Assembly (NCBI GenBank): GCA_036268455.1
Contig: DATAUD010000096.1
Coordinates: forward strand, 31,577 to 95,576
Reading direction: 5' to 3'
From: Verrucomicrobiia bacterium
Lineage (GTDB): Bacteria; Verrucomicrobiota; Verrucomicrobiia; Limisphaerales; Palsa-1400
Length of the DNA stretch: 64,000 nt
Shown: positions 1-9,789 of the stretch, piece after piece
Layout of the letters: each line of letters starts with the position of its first letter
How positions within the stretch are numbered: the first letter of the stretch is position 1
Notes under the pieces: model-generated
Database searches by the model: none
The model's input: the letters and a program-made list of their open reading frames with translations, nothing else
Told to the model about the DNA's origin: nothing
Position numbers and translations under genes: made by a program

Positions 1-2059
1 GCCTCTGGACGAACGCAAAATCTTTGACGACGCCCAGGCAATGAAGGAACTTTACGAGAAATCCGGTTATCAAAAAACGACGGTGATAGCCGAGCCGCCA
101 GTCATCGATGAAGCCGCGGGACGGGGTTCAGTGACTTTCGAGATCCATGAAACCCCCAAAATCAAAATCAAGGACGTCATTTTCGTCAACACCACTCTCC
201 CTCAAAAACAACTCCGCAAAGTCCTGAAAACCCGCAGGCATTGGATGTTTTCCTGGCTGACCGGCTCGGGTGTTCTCAAGGAGGATGATTTCGACGAGGA
301 CAAGGACAAATTGACCGAATATTTTCAGAACAAGGGATACATCGATTTTTCCATCAACGACATCAAGTTTGACCTTAAAAGCCCTAAATGGATGGTCATC
401 CGAATCATCGTTTCCCAGGGCCAGCAATACAAAGTCGGAACGCTCGACATTAAAGGCAACAAACTCTTTACCACCAACGAGCTGATTCATGGCGTCAGGA
501 TCGCTGGGAAAATCATGAAGTTGAAATTGACGCCCGGCGCCACTTTCACACCGACCGATTTTGCCGATGACGAGGACACCCTCCGCGATATGTACGGCGC
601 CAAGGGATTCCTTGAATTCGGCGAAGGGGGCAACACCGATATAAGGGCCATCCATATCGCCAATCCATCAACGGGCACCATCGACGTCTCTTACAACATC
701 AGTGAGGGAGAAAAGGATCTCATCGAGAAAATCATAATCAAAGGGAACGTCAAGACAAAGGACAAGGTGCTCCGTCGCGAACTGGCCGTCTATCCGGGTG
801 AAGTTTATAATATGGTCCTGGTTAAACTCAGCAAATCCAGGCTGGAGCAAATGGACTATTTCGAAAAAGTCGATACGGAGGCCCAGGACACCGACATTCC
901 GAACCGCAAAGACCTCGTCGTCGGAGTCGAAGAGAAAAGCACCGGCAACGTGACGGTTGGCGCGGGCTTCAGTTCCATCGAGAGTCTCGTCGGCTTTATC
1001 GAACTCAAACAGGGGAATTTCGATTTGTTCAACCCGCCGACTTTCACCGGCGCGGGCGAAAAATTCCAGGTCAAGGCCGCCGTCGGAACCGAGTTGCAGG
1101 ATTATGAAATATCCTTCGTCGAACCGTGGTTTATGGGAAAACAATTGGCCTTCGGAGTGGACCTCTTCCACCGCGAAATCGACTATAACAGCCTCAACAA
1201 CATGTACACCGAGACCTTTGACGGCGGTTCTCTCAGCCTGACCAAGGCGTTAAGCCCGCATATCAAAGCGGGCCTTACTTATACCGTCGAAGCCGCCCAT
1301 CTGGCCATTGAATCCGGATTTACAACCAATTTTTCGACCAACGTTGTGGCCACCACCAACGGGACGGCCCACAATGCGGACGTCGTAGGCCCGAATATCT
1401 CCACCAATATTTATGATGAGCGCGGCACCTACGTCATTTCCAAACTCGGCCTTTCGCTGACCTATGATACGCGCAACAATTTCCGCAACCCAGACAGGGG
1501 CCAGGTTACGGAACTTCGCGCCGAAGTTGCCGCCCCTCCGGGCGATACGGACTTTTACAAACTGGAATTGCGCACAAGTTGGTTTTTCCCGGGTTTTGCG
1601 CCGGGGCACATCATTGAGTTTGATGGCAGCGCCGGCTCCGTTTCGACTTGGGGCAACACCGGCCAAGTGCCCATTTTCGAGCGCTGGTTTCTGGGTGGAC
1701 TCTATTCCTTGCGGGGTTACAAATATCAAACCATTGGCCCAGAGGACCAGTTTGGAGAGCCTTTGGGGGGCAATACCTATTGGTTCGGCAGCGCTGAGTA
1801 TAGCATTCCCATCGTCAAAATGCTTCGCATCGCCGCGTTTTACGACGCCGGCAATGTCTATCCCGACTCTTTTAATTTCAACCCGGGACCCAATCGCGGA
1901 TTTTATAGTGACGACGCAGGACTGGGACTGCGGATAGTCCTGCCTATTGGCGGGGGCACGCCGCTTCGGCTGGACTACGGCATCCCAATCGTGCACGATC
2001 CCACTGTAGGCAGCGGTGGCAAATTCCAATTCGGGTTCGGCTACCAGCGCCAATTTTAA
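1..2059 (+). CDS. bamA: Outer membrane protein assembly factor BamA (Omp85/D15), 5'-partial. The reading frame is open to the window start.
   Basis: The 672-aa ORF has a POTRA-like region and a C-terminal surface-antigen beta-barrel ending ...GFGYQRQF. There is no stop between position 2 and the annotated ATG at 41. An OmpH/Skp gene follows immediately, as in the canonical bamA-skp arrangement. Confidence 0.9.
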   Translation, partial: PLDERKIFDDAQAMKELYEKSGYQKTTVIAEPPVIDEAAGRGSVTFEIHETPKIKIKDVIFVNTTLPQKQLRKVLKTRRHWMFSWLTGSGVLKEDDFDEDKDKLTEYFQNKGYIDFSINDIKFDLKSPKWMVIRIIVSQGQQYKVGTLDIKGNKLFTTNELIHGVRIAGKIMKLKLTPGATFTPTDFADDEDTLRDMYGAKGFLEFGEGGNTDIRAIHIANPSTGTIDVSYNISEGEKDLIEKIIIKGNVKTKDKVLRRELAVYPGEVYNMVLVKLSKSRLEQMDYFEKVDTEAQDTDIPNRKDLVVGVEEKSTGNVTVGAGFSSIESLVGFIELKQGNFDLFNPPTFTGAGEKFQVKAAVGTELQDYEISFVEPWFMGKQLAFGVDLFHREIDYNSLNNMYTETFDGGSLSLTKALSPHIKAGLTYTVEAAHLAIESGFTTNFSTNVVATTNGTAHNADVVGPNISTNIYDERGTYVISKLGLSLTYDTRNNFRNPDRGQVTELRAEVAAPPGDTDFYKLELRTSWFFPGFAPGHIIEFDGSAGSVSTWGNTGQVPIFERWFLGGLYSLRGYKYQTIGPEDQFGEPLGGNTYWFGSAEYSIPIVKMLRIAAFYDAGNVYPDSFNFNPGPNRGFYSDDAGLGLRIVLPIGGGTPLRLDYGIPIVHDPTVGSGGKFQFGFGYQRQF

Positions 2060-2064
2060 TTGCC

Positions 2065-2709
2065 ATGAAAAAATTTATTCCTTTTACATTCGCAATCCTC
2101 GCCGTTGGCTTGCTGGCCTGCGCCAATTCAGCCTCCGCGGCGGATCTCAAAATCGCCACCGTGGACCTTCGCAAGGTGTTTGACAAATATTACAAAACCG
2201 TCCAGTCCACCGCCGGTATCAGACAGGAAGCCCTCGACATAGACAAAGAGCACAAAGCTTTGATGGACAATGCAAAAACGGACGAGGACGCGTGGCGCAA
2301 ACTCATTGATAAAGCCAACGACCAGGCCGTTTCAGCCGAAGAACGCGACAAAAGCAAAAAAGCCGCCGAGGAAAAATACGGCCAACTGGAAGGCGACAAG
2401 CAGCAAATCACCGAATTTGACCGTGTTTCCTCCTCGCGGATGCACGACAAGGAGCAACAGCGGCGGGATGACATCGTCAAGGAAATCCGCCAGGTCCTCA
2501 ACGCCGATGCCAAAGCAGGCGGTTACACCATGGTTCTCGATTCCTCCGGCGAAAGCGCCAACATGGTTCCTTTCGTTCTTTACGCCCACGGCCAGACCGA
2601 CCTGACCGACGCCCTGATCAAGGAACTCAATGCCACCGCCCCGCCGGGAGCGTTGGATGCCCCCGCCGTGACGAACAGCCTCAATAGCCCCGGTTCCAAT
2701 TCACCTTGA
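2065..2709 (+). CDS. skp: Periplasmic chaperone OmpH/Skp family
   Basis: Signal peptide MKKFIPFTFAILAVGLLACANSASA, a charged coiled-coil body, and a position directly after bamA. Confidence 0.75.
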   Translation: MKKFIPFTFAILAVGLLACANSASAADLKIATVDLRKVFDKYYKTVQSTAGIRQEALDIDKEHKALMDNAKTDEDAWRKLIDKANDQAVSAEERDKSKKAAEEKYGQLEGDKQQITEFDRVSSSRMHDKEQQRRDDIVKEIRQVLNADAKAGGYTMVLDSSGESANMVPFVLYAHGQTDLTDALIKELNATAPPGALDAPAVTNSLNSPGSNSP

Positions 2710-2716
2710 GGCCACG

Positions 2717-3745
2717 CTATCGGCCCGTCTTGCGCGATAAATAAGCCTCAAGGCTTGCCGGGCCAACTTGTTTGTTTAACCGATAATCTTCGCGGCGCGC
2801 GAACCACAGCGCGCGTGTGATTTTGATCGGGTTGAATTCCCGGGGAAACCGCCGCCGATTCATCGAATAAACAAAGTCGCAAAGACTCACCCGGTCATCC
2901 ACCACCCGAATCAACGCGTCCATTCGCGGCGAGAGCGACCGGCATCGCCGCCATGCGGAGCGAATCGCCCACACATACTGCAACCAATATTGCCATCTGT
3001 GGGTTCGGTGCGCATTGACCGTCATGCTGTCCGGCGACGCCCGGCAGGCCACCAAAGGCTCGTCCAGAACCGTCAATTCGCCGGAACGCAATCCCAGTTC
3101 GCTCATGAACGAAACGTCGTTCCCGTAGGCGTGGCGCGAAAAGTCAAAGCCGTAGGGGTTTTCAAACTCGATGTAATGATCGAAAACGTCGCGCGCCGCC
3201 TCGACGTTCCACAATCCGCAAATCTGGCTGACCGGATAAACCGCCGCCAAAATCCCCAGCGCGAGAACGTCCCCCTTGATCCTCCCGGATGGAAACCGAT
3301 GCAGCGGGAACCGGCTCGCCTCCCCGGTAAGGATGCTCGTGTTATGCTGAACAGTAGCCGGCAGCGTCTCCGAATAAGCGTTGCAAACCGCAACCAATTG
3401 CGAGGGATTTTCCCGCAAACTTCCGAGCAGCGCCTCCACATAACGCGGCAGGATTAGATCATCCGCCCAGACAAATGTCGCATACTTCCCGCGCGCTTCG
3501 TGCAGCAGTTTTCGCCACGCCCGGACCGGCCCGGAATTGGTGTCGCTGGAAAAAAAACGTATGCGCCCGTCTTGCCGAGCCGCCGCCTGGATGATTTCGC
3601 GCGTGTTGTCCTTGCTGACTTCGTCGTAAACAAGGATTTCAATGTCGCCAAACGTCTGCCGGCTGCACGACTCGATGGCATCCGCCACCGTTAGGGCGCT
3701 GTTGAACGTCGGAATCAACAGGCTCACCAAGGGGGTGGACGCCAT
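2717..3745 (-). CDS. Family 2 glycosyltransferase
   Basis: N-terminal LLIPTFNSALTVADAIESCSRQTF...ILVYDEVSKDNT is a GT2 (DXD-type) signature. It abuts gmd with a 1-nt gap. Confidence 0.75.
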   Translation of the reverse strand: MASTPLVSLLIPTFNSALTVADAIESCSRQTFGDIEILVYDEVSKDNTREIIQAAARQDGRIRFFSSDTNSGPVRAWRKLLHEARGKYATFVWADDLILPRYVEALLGSLRENPSQLVAVCNAYSETLPATVQHNTSILTGEASRFPLHRFPSGRIKGDVLALGILAAVYPVSQICGLWNVEAARDVFDHYIEFENPYGFDFSRHAYGNDVSFMSELGLRSGELTVLDEPLVACRASPDSMTVNAHRTHRWQYWLQYVWAIRSAWRRCRSLSPRMDALIRVVDDRVSLCDFVYSMNRRRFPREFNPIKITRALWFARREDYRLNKQVGPASLEAYLSRKTGR

Positions 3746-3746
3746 A

Positions 3747-4760
3747 CTATCCAGTCACTTTGACACGGCCTTCGCGGTGGTCCTTGAGAAGTTTGACATC
3801 GGCATCGACCATCAATCGCACCAGATCGGCGAATTTTGTTTTTGGCGCCCATCCCAGTTGGCGTTTGGCCTTGCTGGAATCTCCAATGAGCAAATCCACC
3901 TCCGCCGGGCGGTAATAGCGCGGGTCGATTTCCACGTATTTATTCCAATCGAGTTTGACGTGCCCGAAAGCGACGTCCAGGAATTCCCGTATCGAATGGG
4001 TTTCGTTCGTGGCCACCACATAATCGTCCGGCTTTTCCTGTTGCAACATCAGCCACATGGCTTCGACGTATTCCTTGGCGTAACCCCAGTCCCGCTTCGC
4101 GTCCAGGTTTCCAAGATACAACTTCTGCTGCAACCCCGCCGCAATGTGGGCAACGGCCCGTGTGATTTTGCGGGTGACGAACGTTTCGCCGCGCCGGGGC
4201 GATTCGTGATTGAATAAAATCCCGTTGCTTGCGTGCATGCCGTAGGATTCACGGTAATTGACCGTGATCCAGAATGAATAAACTTTCGCGCACCCGTACG
4301 GCGAACGCGGGTAAAACGGCGTCGTCTCCGTTTGCGGAATTTCCTGAACTTTCCCGAACATCTCGCTGGACGAAGCCTGGTAAAAACGCGGGCTGATGCC
4401 CGTCTCGCGAATCGCCTCCAGCAAGCGCACCGTCCCGGTTGCTCCAACGTCGCTGGTATATTCGGGGGCGTCGAAACTCACCCGGACATGGCTTTGAGCG
4501 GCGAGGTTGTACAGCTCATCCGGTTTAATTTGGCCGAGCATTCGGCTCAATCCGCTGGCATCGCTCAAGTCGCCATAATGGAGAAAAAGCCGGTTTTTGG
4601 CGGAGTGCGGGTCGGCGTAAATGGGATCAAGGCGGCCGGTGTTGAATGTGCTGGCGCGGCGGATGAGGCCGTGCACCTCGTAACCCTTGGCGAGCAGCAA
4701 CTCGGCCAGATAGGACCCGTCCTGACCCGTAATGCCAGTAATCAGCGCTTTTTTGGACAT
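3747..4760 (-). CDS. gmd: GDP-mannose 4,6-dehydratase
   Basis: [35 protein letters not shown]... is a classic Gmd N-terminus/NAD-binding region. The start is moved to the internal Met (MSKK); the ORF track begins 14 codons earlier. Confidence 0.9.
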   Translation of the reverse strand: MSKKALITGITGQDGSYLAELLLAKGYEVHGLIRRASTFNTGRLDPIYADPHSAKNRLFLHYGDLSDASGLSRMLGQIKPDELYNLAAQSHVRVSFDAPEYTSDVGATGTVRLLEAIRETGISPRFYQASSSEMFGKVQEIPQTETTPFYPRSPYGCAKVYSFWITVNYRESYGMHASNGILFNHESPRRGETFVTRKITRAVAHIAAGLQQKLYLGNLDAKRDWGYAKEYVEAMWLMLQQEKPDDYVVATNETHSIREFLDVAFGHVKLDWNKYVEIDPRYYRPAEVDLLIGDSSKAKRQLGWAPKTKFADLVRLMVDADVKLLKDHREGRVKVTG

Positions 4761-4823
4761 AAAATTGAGCCAAAGATTCCGCAACCCCACCCGTATTGGC
4801 AAGCCCGAAGTGCCCCTGGCGGG

Positions 4824-5768
4824 TTATTTCCCCGACGCGGAATAACCCTCCCAAAGCCACGCCAAAGCGCCGGGCAGTGTTTGGCCGACCGCTTTTTTAT
4901 CCACGTGACCCGCGCCCAGACAATAGACGTATTGGTACTGATATCCTTTCGCTTTCAGCGCGGCGGCCATGCGCTGGTTGGCCAGCGCCCAATTGTGGTA
5001 CGACGCCTCGTCGCGTTGCCAGCCATTGTCATGCTCGCCCACTTCCAACCAGACCCGCAACGGCTTGACTGCGGTTTGCGGAATCAAATGTTCATGATAT
5101 TCCCATGCGCCATGAGGCGATTGCGGGTTTGCGGGCGACTGCTGGTTAACGTAAGTGCCGGAGTAACTCAGCACCCGCCGGTAAAGATCGGGCCGAAACC
5201 ACGCCATCGTAAATGCGCAAGCCGCGCCGGAACTTCCGCCCATCGTTGCCCGCCCTTGCGGGTCCGAGGTGAACTTGACATTATACTCCTTCTCAACCCG
5301 CGGTAAAACTTCCGTTTCGATGAACGTGGTGTACTTGTCAGAAACAGTATCATATTCCAGCCCGCGTTCGCTGCCTTTGCCGTCGCCACCGCCGGAGTTG
5401 ATCATCACCGCGATCATTGCGGGCAGCCGGTGGTCGTGGATCATATTATCGAGTGTTACCGGGAGGCGGTTCGTATAGCCGCGCCCGTCTTGCGCGATTA
5501 TAAACGGCGCGGGCGTCCCGGGCACGTATTGGCTGGGAACATACACCCAAACCTTGCGCGAGTAAGGGCCGTTGATGCCGGGATAAATTTTGCTTTCCGC
5601 CGAAGTCATCGTGAATTCATGGACCGCTCCTTTGGGCACCCCTTCGCGCGCTGTTAATTCCGGCGCGTTGGTATAATTGGGGCCAATCGTAAAGTCAGTG
5701 TCCGCGCGCGCCCCGCCCGCGAAAACGAATACAAATAGAAAGGCGCATCCGAAAAGATTTTTGAGCAT
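4824..5768 (-). CDS. Secreted esterase, putative-esterase / alpha-beta hydrolase family (enterochelin-esterase-like)
   Basis: Signal peptide MLKNLFGCAFLFVFVFAGGARA. Contains ...MGGSSGAACAF... (GxSxG-like nucleophile elbow) and a C-terminal GAGH motif. Start set at MLKN; the upstream ORF extension overlaps the preceding gene. Confidence 0.65.
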   Translation of the reverse strand: MLKNLFGCAFLFVFVFAGGARADTDFTIGPNYTNAPELTAREGVPKGAVHEFTMTSAESKIYPGINGPYSRKVWVYVPSQYVPGTPAPFIIAQDGRGYTNRLPVTLDNMIHDHRLPAMIAVMINSGGGDGKGSERGLEYDTVSDKYTTFIETEVLPRVEKEYNVKFTSDPQGRATMGGSSGAACAFTMAWFRPDLYRRVLSYSGTYVNQQSPANPQSPHGAWEYHEHLIPQTAVKPLRVWLEVGEHDNGWQRDEASYHNWALANQRMAAALKAKGYQYQYVYCLGAGHVDKKAVGQTLPGALAWLWEGYSASGK

Positions 5769-5784
5769 ACTTATTCTGGCAGTT

Positions 5785-6543
5785 TCAATAGGCGTCATCC
5801 CAGGCGTCCTCCACGGTTCCCAAATCGCCTCCAGTGATGTCCACCGTGCCATTGACGATATAAAACCAATTAGGATCGTAAAGGCCGCCCGGATAGGTTT
5901 GTTGGTTCATGACTTTCCAGGGCCGGGCATGGAGGTCCGCGTAAATGCCGTTCAGCGTGGGCTGTTTGGTGGGGTAATCGGTCGTTGCTTTTGTGTAATG
6001 AAAATCCATGTCCTCGTGGTAAATCACTTGGGCCGTCGGCCGGACAAAATCGGTAAGCTTGAGGTGCGGATACAGCACGGAATTGTCCCACACCACATAC
6101 CGATAATCATACGAGCTGTTGGTGGTGCTGTTAATAGATTTGACACTTTGAGGCGTGTTAATAAGGTCGCTGGGACACCATTGCACTTGGTTGAACCCGA
6201 AGTTCAGCAGTTTGAGCACGCCGCCAAGTTCCACAGTGTAGTCAAAGAGTCCGGCCGCCCCGGTGGAGTCGGTTCCTCGATCTCCCGCCACCGCGCCGAA
6301 AGTCAAAGCGCTCGGCACCTTGCCGCCATTCTCATCTATGTACATCCCCAGGGCAAGGCCGATCTGCCTGAGATTGCCGATGCACTTGGCCTCCTTCCCA
6401 CTTTCCTTGGCTTTGGCCAATCCAGGCAAAAGCAATGCCGCCAGTATGGCAATAATCGCAATGACGACCAATAATTCGATCAAGGTAAAAGCCACCCCCG
6501 TGGAACGAGTCACTTCCGCGCGACATTTTTGAGTCAACTTCAT
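5785..6543 (-). CDS. DUF1559 / prepilin-type N-terminal cleavage-methylation domain protein (H-X9-DG family)
   Basis: N-terminus ...[32 protein letters not shown] has the type IV pilin-like leader and hydrophobic helix. The family is hugely expanded in Planctomycetes and Verrucomicrobia. Confidence 0.8.
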   Translation of the reverse strand: MKLTQKCRAEVTRSTGVAFTLIELLVVIAIIAILAALLLPGLAKAKESGKEAKCIGNLRQIGLALGMYIDENGGKVPSALTFGAVAGDRGTDSTGAAGLFDYTVELGGVLKLLNFGFNQVQWCPSDLINTPQSVKSINSTTNSSYDYRYVVWDNSVLYPHLKLTDFVRPTAQVIYHEDMDFHYTKATTDYPTKQPTLNGIYADLHARPWKVMNQQTYPGGLYDPNWFYIVNGTVDITGGDLGTVEDAWDDAY

Positions 6544-6618
6544 TTACGACGATGCTGGGCTGAGGCCAACTTTGGCCAATCCCCGCGCGAGATGCAAGTC
6601 ATCTCATTTCCAGTCATC

Positions 6619-7341
6619 TCATTTCCAGACACCGAGCGTGCGCAACTGTTCTGTCGCCTTGCCCATCCAATCGCGGTTTGCCGCCGGGCTTGCCGGACTG
6701 GGATGCAGTATCCGTCCAATTCGAATGCTCAAGCCCGAAGAGACGCCTTCCGCCCGGCGCGCCGCGAAATCTCCCACTCCGATGATCCACTTGGGCCGGA
6801 GAATTTCGAGAACCTGTTTCAAATGAGCGTCGCAGATTCCCTCCAGCTTATCCCTCTCGGCCGGCGGAAGTTTGTCCGGCGTCCTGTTTCGCCCGCCTTC
6901 TTCCAGAAACGCGAGCGGACAATAATTGACGACAAAGTGCCGCGAAAAAAAATTCTCCGCCGTTCCGAATCGGTTTCCAAACAATCCCCACAACCGCTGC
7001 CCGCTGATTTCCGTGCGCGGACACTCAAATCCCTGGATTGGCCGGCGTGGATGCTCGTGGGCCGGCCTTGCAATGGCCGCCCGAATTTTCATCCAATCGC
7101 GCACCGCCTGGATTTCCCCAAATGGCACGCCGGTTTGGGCCATGCCAAATGGTCCGGGATTCATTCCGAGAAAGACCACTTCCTTTTCCGTCCCGCCAAA
7201 TCGCCGCAAGTAAGTTTCATGGGCGTTCCACGCATAGGCCAACGGGTTATAGACATGCGTGATCGGCGCGCGAAAGCGGAGTTTCCCTGCTTGCAAACCC
7301 AATTCCCGCGCGGCATCAACCAATTTTTCCTCCAACACCAC
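6619..7341 (-). CDS. Uracil-DNA glycosylase, SMUG1-like family
   Basis: Motifs GMNPGPFGMAQTGVPFG and HPSPASP match the SMUG1 family signatures GMNPGP and HPSPxN. Confidence 0.7.
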   Translation of the reverse strand: MVLEEKLVDAARELGLQAGKLRFRAPITHVYNPLAYAWNAHETYLRRFGGTEKEVVFLGMNPGPFGMAQTGVPFGEIQAVRDWMKIRAAIARPAHEHPRRPIQGFECPRTEISGQRLWGLFGNRFGTAENFFSRHFVVNYCPLAFLEEGGRNRTPDKLPPAERDKLEGICDAHLKQVLEILRPKWIIGVGDFAARRAEGVSSGLSIRIGRILHPSPASPAANRDWMGKATEQLRTLGVWK

Positions 7342-7442
7342 GACGTGGATGCTAACAACATGCCGGTCGTTATTTCCAGCCCGGAAAACGGTAGCCGCTA
7401 AATCTCATTGAAAGAAGGTCGTAATCGCGGCAGATTTCCCTC

Positions 7443-7994
7443 ATGCAATCTGTATTTACAGGGCCGGTTTACGTGGTGCGCGACAACATCGACACAGATC
7501 AAATCATTTCCGCGCAGTACCTCAATCTCGTTCCCACCATCCCGGAGGAATACGAAAAACTCGGCAGCTACGCGCTCGCCGGTTTGCCCGATTCCCTTTA
7601 CCCGATCCGCTACGTGAAAGCTGGCGCGACGGACAGCGATTATTCGATCGTTGTGGGAGGCCGAAATTTCGGATGCGGCAGTTCTCGCGAGCACGCTCCC
7701 ATCGCTCTCGGTTCCGCCGGTTGCAGGGTCGTCCTCGCCCAGAGTTTTGCCCGCATTTTCTTCCGCAATTCCGTCGCCACAGGCGAACTTTATCCATGCG
7801 AATGTGTGGACCGCCTTTGCGACGTCCTGAAAACCGGCGACGTCGTCACGGTCGATTTGGACAAGCTGGCCGTCACCGTGCAAGCGACTGGAAAAGTTTA
7901 TTCCTTCAAACCTCTCGGTGACGTAAGGCCTGTGGTGGACGCTGGCGGCCTATTCAACTACGCCCGCAAAACCGGGATGATGACGGCGGCCTGA
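7443..7994 (+). CDS. leuD: LeuD-like 3-isopropylmalate dehydratase small subunit (aconitase swivel domain)
   Basis: NIDTDQIISAQYL and GGRNFGCGSSREHAPIAL are LeuD/aconitase small-subunit motifs. No leuC is adjacent in the window. Confidence 0.75.
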   Translation: MQSVFTGPVYVVRDNIDTDQIISAQYLNLVPTIPEEYEKLGSYALAGLPDSLYPIRYVKAGATDSDYSIVVGGRNFGCGSSREHAPIALGSAGCRVVLAQSFARIFFRNSVATGELYPCECVDRLCDVLKTGDVVTVDLDKLAVTVQATGKVYSFKPLGDVRPVVDAGGLFNYARKTGMMTAA

Positions 7995-8007
7995 GCGCGC
8001 CGTCCGT

Positions 8008-8427
8008 TCACGATAAAAGCCACAGGACGGGATGCGCCTCTGAGTTCAGCGGGTTGGCGGAAAAATTCGACCGCTCCAAATGAGCAAGCCAATGCCGGAT
8101 CAGCGCGAGGATTGCCGGCATTGAAAGATGTTCGTGCGTGGCGGGATATTTCGCGAGATTGCCCTCCGCCAATTTGAACAACGCCGCCGCCGGCCGCAGC
8201 CGCTCCTTCCGCAAATGCACAAACGCCCCCGCCAGTTGAATAAGCCCCTTGTAAAATGCGCCGTTGGGGCCTTGCCGGTCTTTCAGCCAAAGTTGCTCCA
8301 GGACATCGTGCGCCTCGTAAAAAAGCCCGCGATTAAAATGATCGAAGTAGCCCGCGTAATACGGATCAAGCCCGCCGCAAGCCCCCGTCTCGACCATGCG
8401 CGAAATCCTTTCGCTCTTGTTGCTCAC
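8008..8427 (-). CDS. DUF309 domain protein
   Basis: YYAGYFDHFNRGLFYEAHDVLEQLW matches the DUF309 signature. Confidence 0.65.
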   Translation of the reverse strand: MSNKSERISRMVETGACGGLDPYYAGYFDHFNRGLFYEAHDVLEQLWLKDRQGPNGAFYKGLIQLAGAFVHLRKERLRPAAALFKLAEGNLAKYPATHEHLSMPAILALIRHWLAHLERSNFSANPLNSEAHPVLWLLS

Positions 8428-8458
8428 GCCTGCATCGTAGGCCGCCGCCGGTTGTCAG

Positions 8459-8980
8459 TCACTTCACTTTTAATGGCAGGCTTGCCTCCGCCTTTCCGTC
8501 CGGGCCGTCAAATGCAAGTTTGGCCGTCCAATCGCCCGCCATTTGCGGTTCCATCGCCGTCCGATATTGTCCGGGCGTCGATGTTTTAAAAACCTTGCCA
8601 ATGCTGTGCATTACCATGTCGGGCATGTGCAGGCTCAATTCAAATGTGACATCGCCCACGTCCACGAGCTTTCCCTGCGCATTGCGAAACTCGATGAAAA
8701 GGTCGTTGCCCGAGGCCAGCAGCGTGTTGCCCTGGGCGTAAAGGCTCGCCGTCAAATCCTTGATATTGACCGTCGCAAACGGCTTCGTTGAAATCTCCCG
8801 CACCGGCGGCGGTTTATGGGCCAGCCTGCTGTAACCAAGGTACCCGCAAACCCCCAGCACAAACAAAACGGGCAGCGCGTAAAACAAATACAGCGCCGCT
8901 CGGGTGCCCAGGCCTTTCTTGACTGTCGGTGAATCGTTCGCCACGCCTCGCAGTTTTCCGCAAAAAGCCCCGATAAGCAA
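8459..8980 (-). CDS. Membrane-anchored hypothetical protein, possibly FixH-like
   Basis: One N-terminal TM helix (LYLFYALPVLFVLGVCGYLGY) followed by a ~110-aa beta-rich domain (GDVTFELSLHMPDMVMHS...GQYRTAMEPQMAGDWTAKLAF). The FixH-like assignment is from memory only. Confidence 0.35.
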   Translation of the reverse strand: MLIGAFCGKLRGVANDSPTVKKGLGTRAALYLFYALPVLFVLGVCGYLGYSRLAHKPPPVREISTKPFATVNIKDLTASLYAQGNTLLASGNDLFIEFRNAQGKLVDVGDVTFELSLHMPDMVMHSIGKVFKTSTPGQYRTAMEPQMAGDWTAKLAFDGPDGKAEASLPLKVK

Positions 8981-9090
8981 GAAGCTGGGTATCTGGATGG
9001 GGTTGAATTCGATTGAAAATAATTCCAGTTCGGAGTCCTAATAATCGCTGTTCGTTCGTCATACTAATGAATGAAAGGAAAATTAAAAAT

Positions 9091-9789
9091 ATGAGCACGA
9101 AGCGCAGCAAATCAATTCCTCCAATCGTTTCACCTGGCGAGTGGGAAGCCGCCCGAAAAAAATTGCTCGTGAAAGAGAAAGCGATGACCCGCTCGCTCGA
9201 CGCGCTTGCCGCGGAGCGCCGCCGGATGCCAATGGTCCAGATCGACAAAAAATATGTTTTCGACGGCCCCAAAGGCAAAGTGAGCCTGCTCGACCTGTTC
9301 GAGGGGCGCCGCCAACTCGTCCTTTACCATTTCATGTTTTCGCCGAAAGTTTCAGGCTGGCCGTCGGCGGGGTGTCCCGGCTGCTCTCTCATGATGGACC
9401 AGATTGGGCACCTTGCCCACCTTCACGCACGTAACACGTCGTTTGTTGCGGTCTCGATTGCGCCTTTGGCGAATATTCAGAAATATAAGAAACGCATGGG
9501 CTGGACCTTCCCGTGGGTCTCCTCCTCTGGAACCGATTTCAACCAGGATTTCGGACGCACGACGGATGAACGCGAAATATTCGGCCTCAGTGTTTTCTTT
9601 CGCGACGGCAAAAAAATTTACCGCTCTTACTTCACGGATGGCCGCGGCGTTGAGGCGATTGGCACCATCTGGTCATTGCTGGACGTGACCCCGTTTGGCC
9701 GGCAGGAAAAGTGGGAGGACTCGCCCGGCGGGTGGCCGCAAACCGCGCCATTTGAATGGTGGGAACGTCATGACGAGTATCCCAAATAA
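9091..9789 (+). CDS. DUF899 thioredoxin-like family protein
   Basis: LLVKEKAMTRSLDALAAERRRMPMV...LYHFMFSP..GCPGCS is the typical DUF899 architecture. Start set at MSTKRSK, preceded by AAAGGAAAA. The ORF track begins upstream. Confidence 0.7.
   Translation: MSTKRSKSIPPIVSPGEWEAARKKLLVKEKAMTRSLDALAAERRRMPMVQIDKKYVFDGPKGKVSLLDLFEGRRQLVLYHFMFSPKVSGWPSAGCPGCSLMMDQIGHLAHLHARNTSFVAVSIAPLANIQKYKKRMGWTFPWVSSSGTDFNQDFGRTTDEREIFGLSVFFRDGKKIYRSYFTDGRGVEAIGTIWSLLDVTPFGRQEKWEDSPGGWPQTAPFEWWERHDEYPK

Noticed and set aside
6529-7401. 290-aa plus-strand ORF
   Set aside because: It is entirely antisense to the well-supported SMUG1-like UDG gene. It is Arg/Pro-rich, as expected for a GC-frame artefact.
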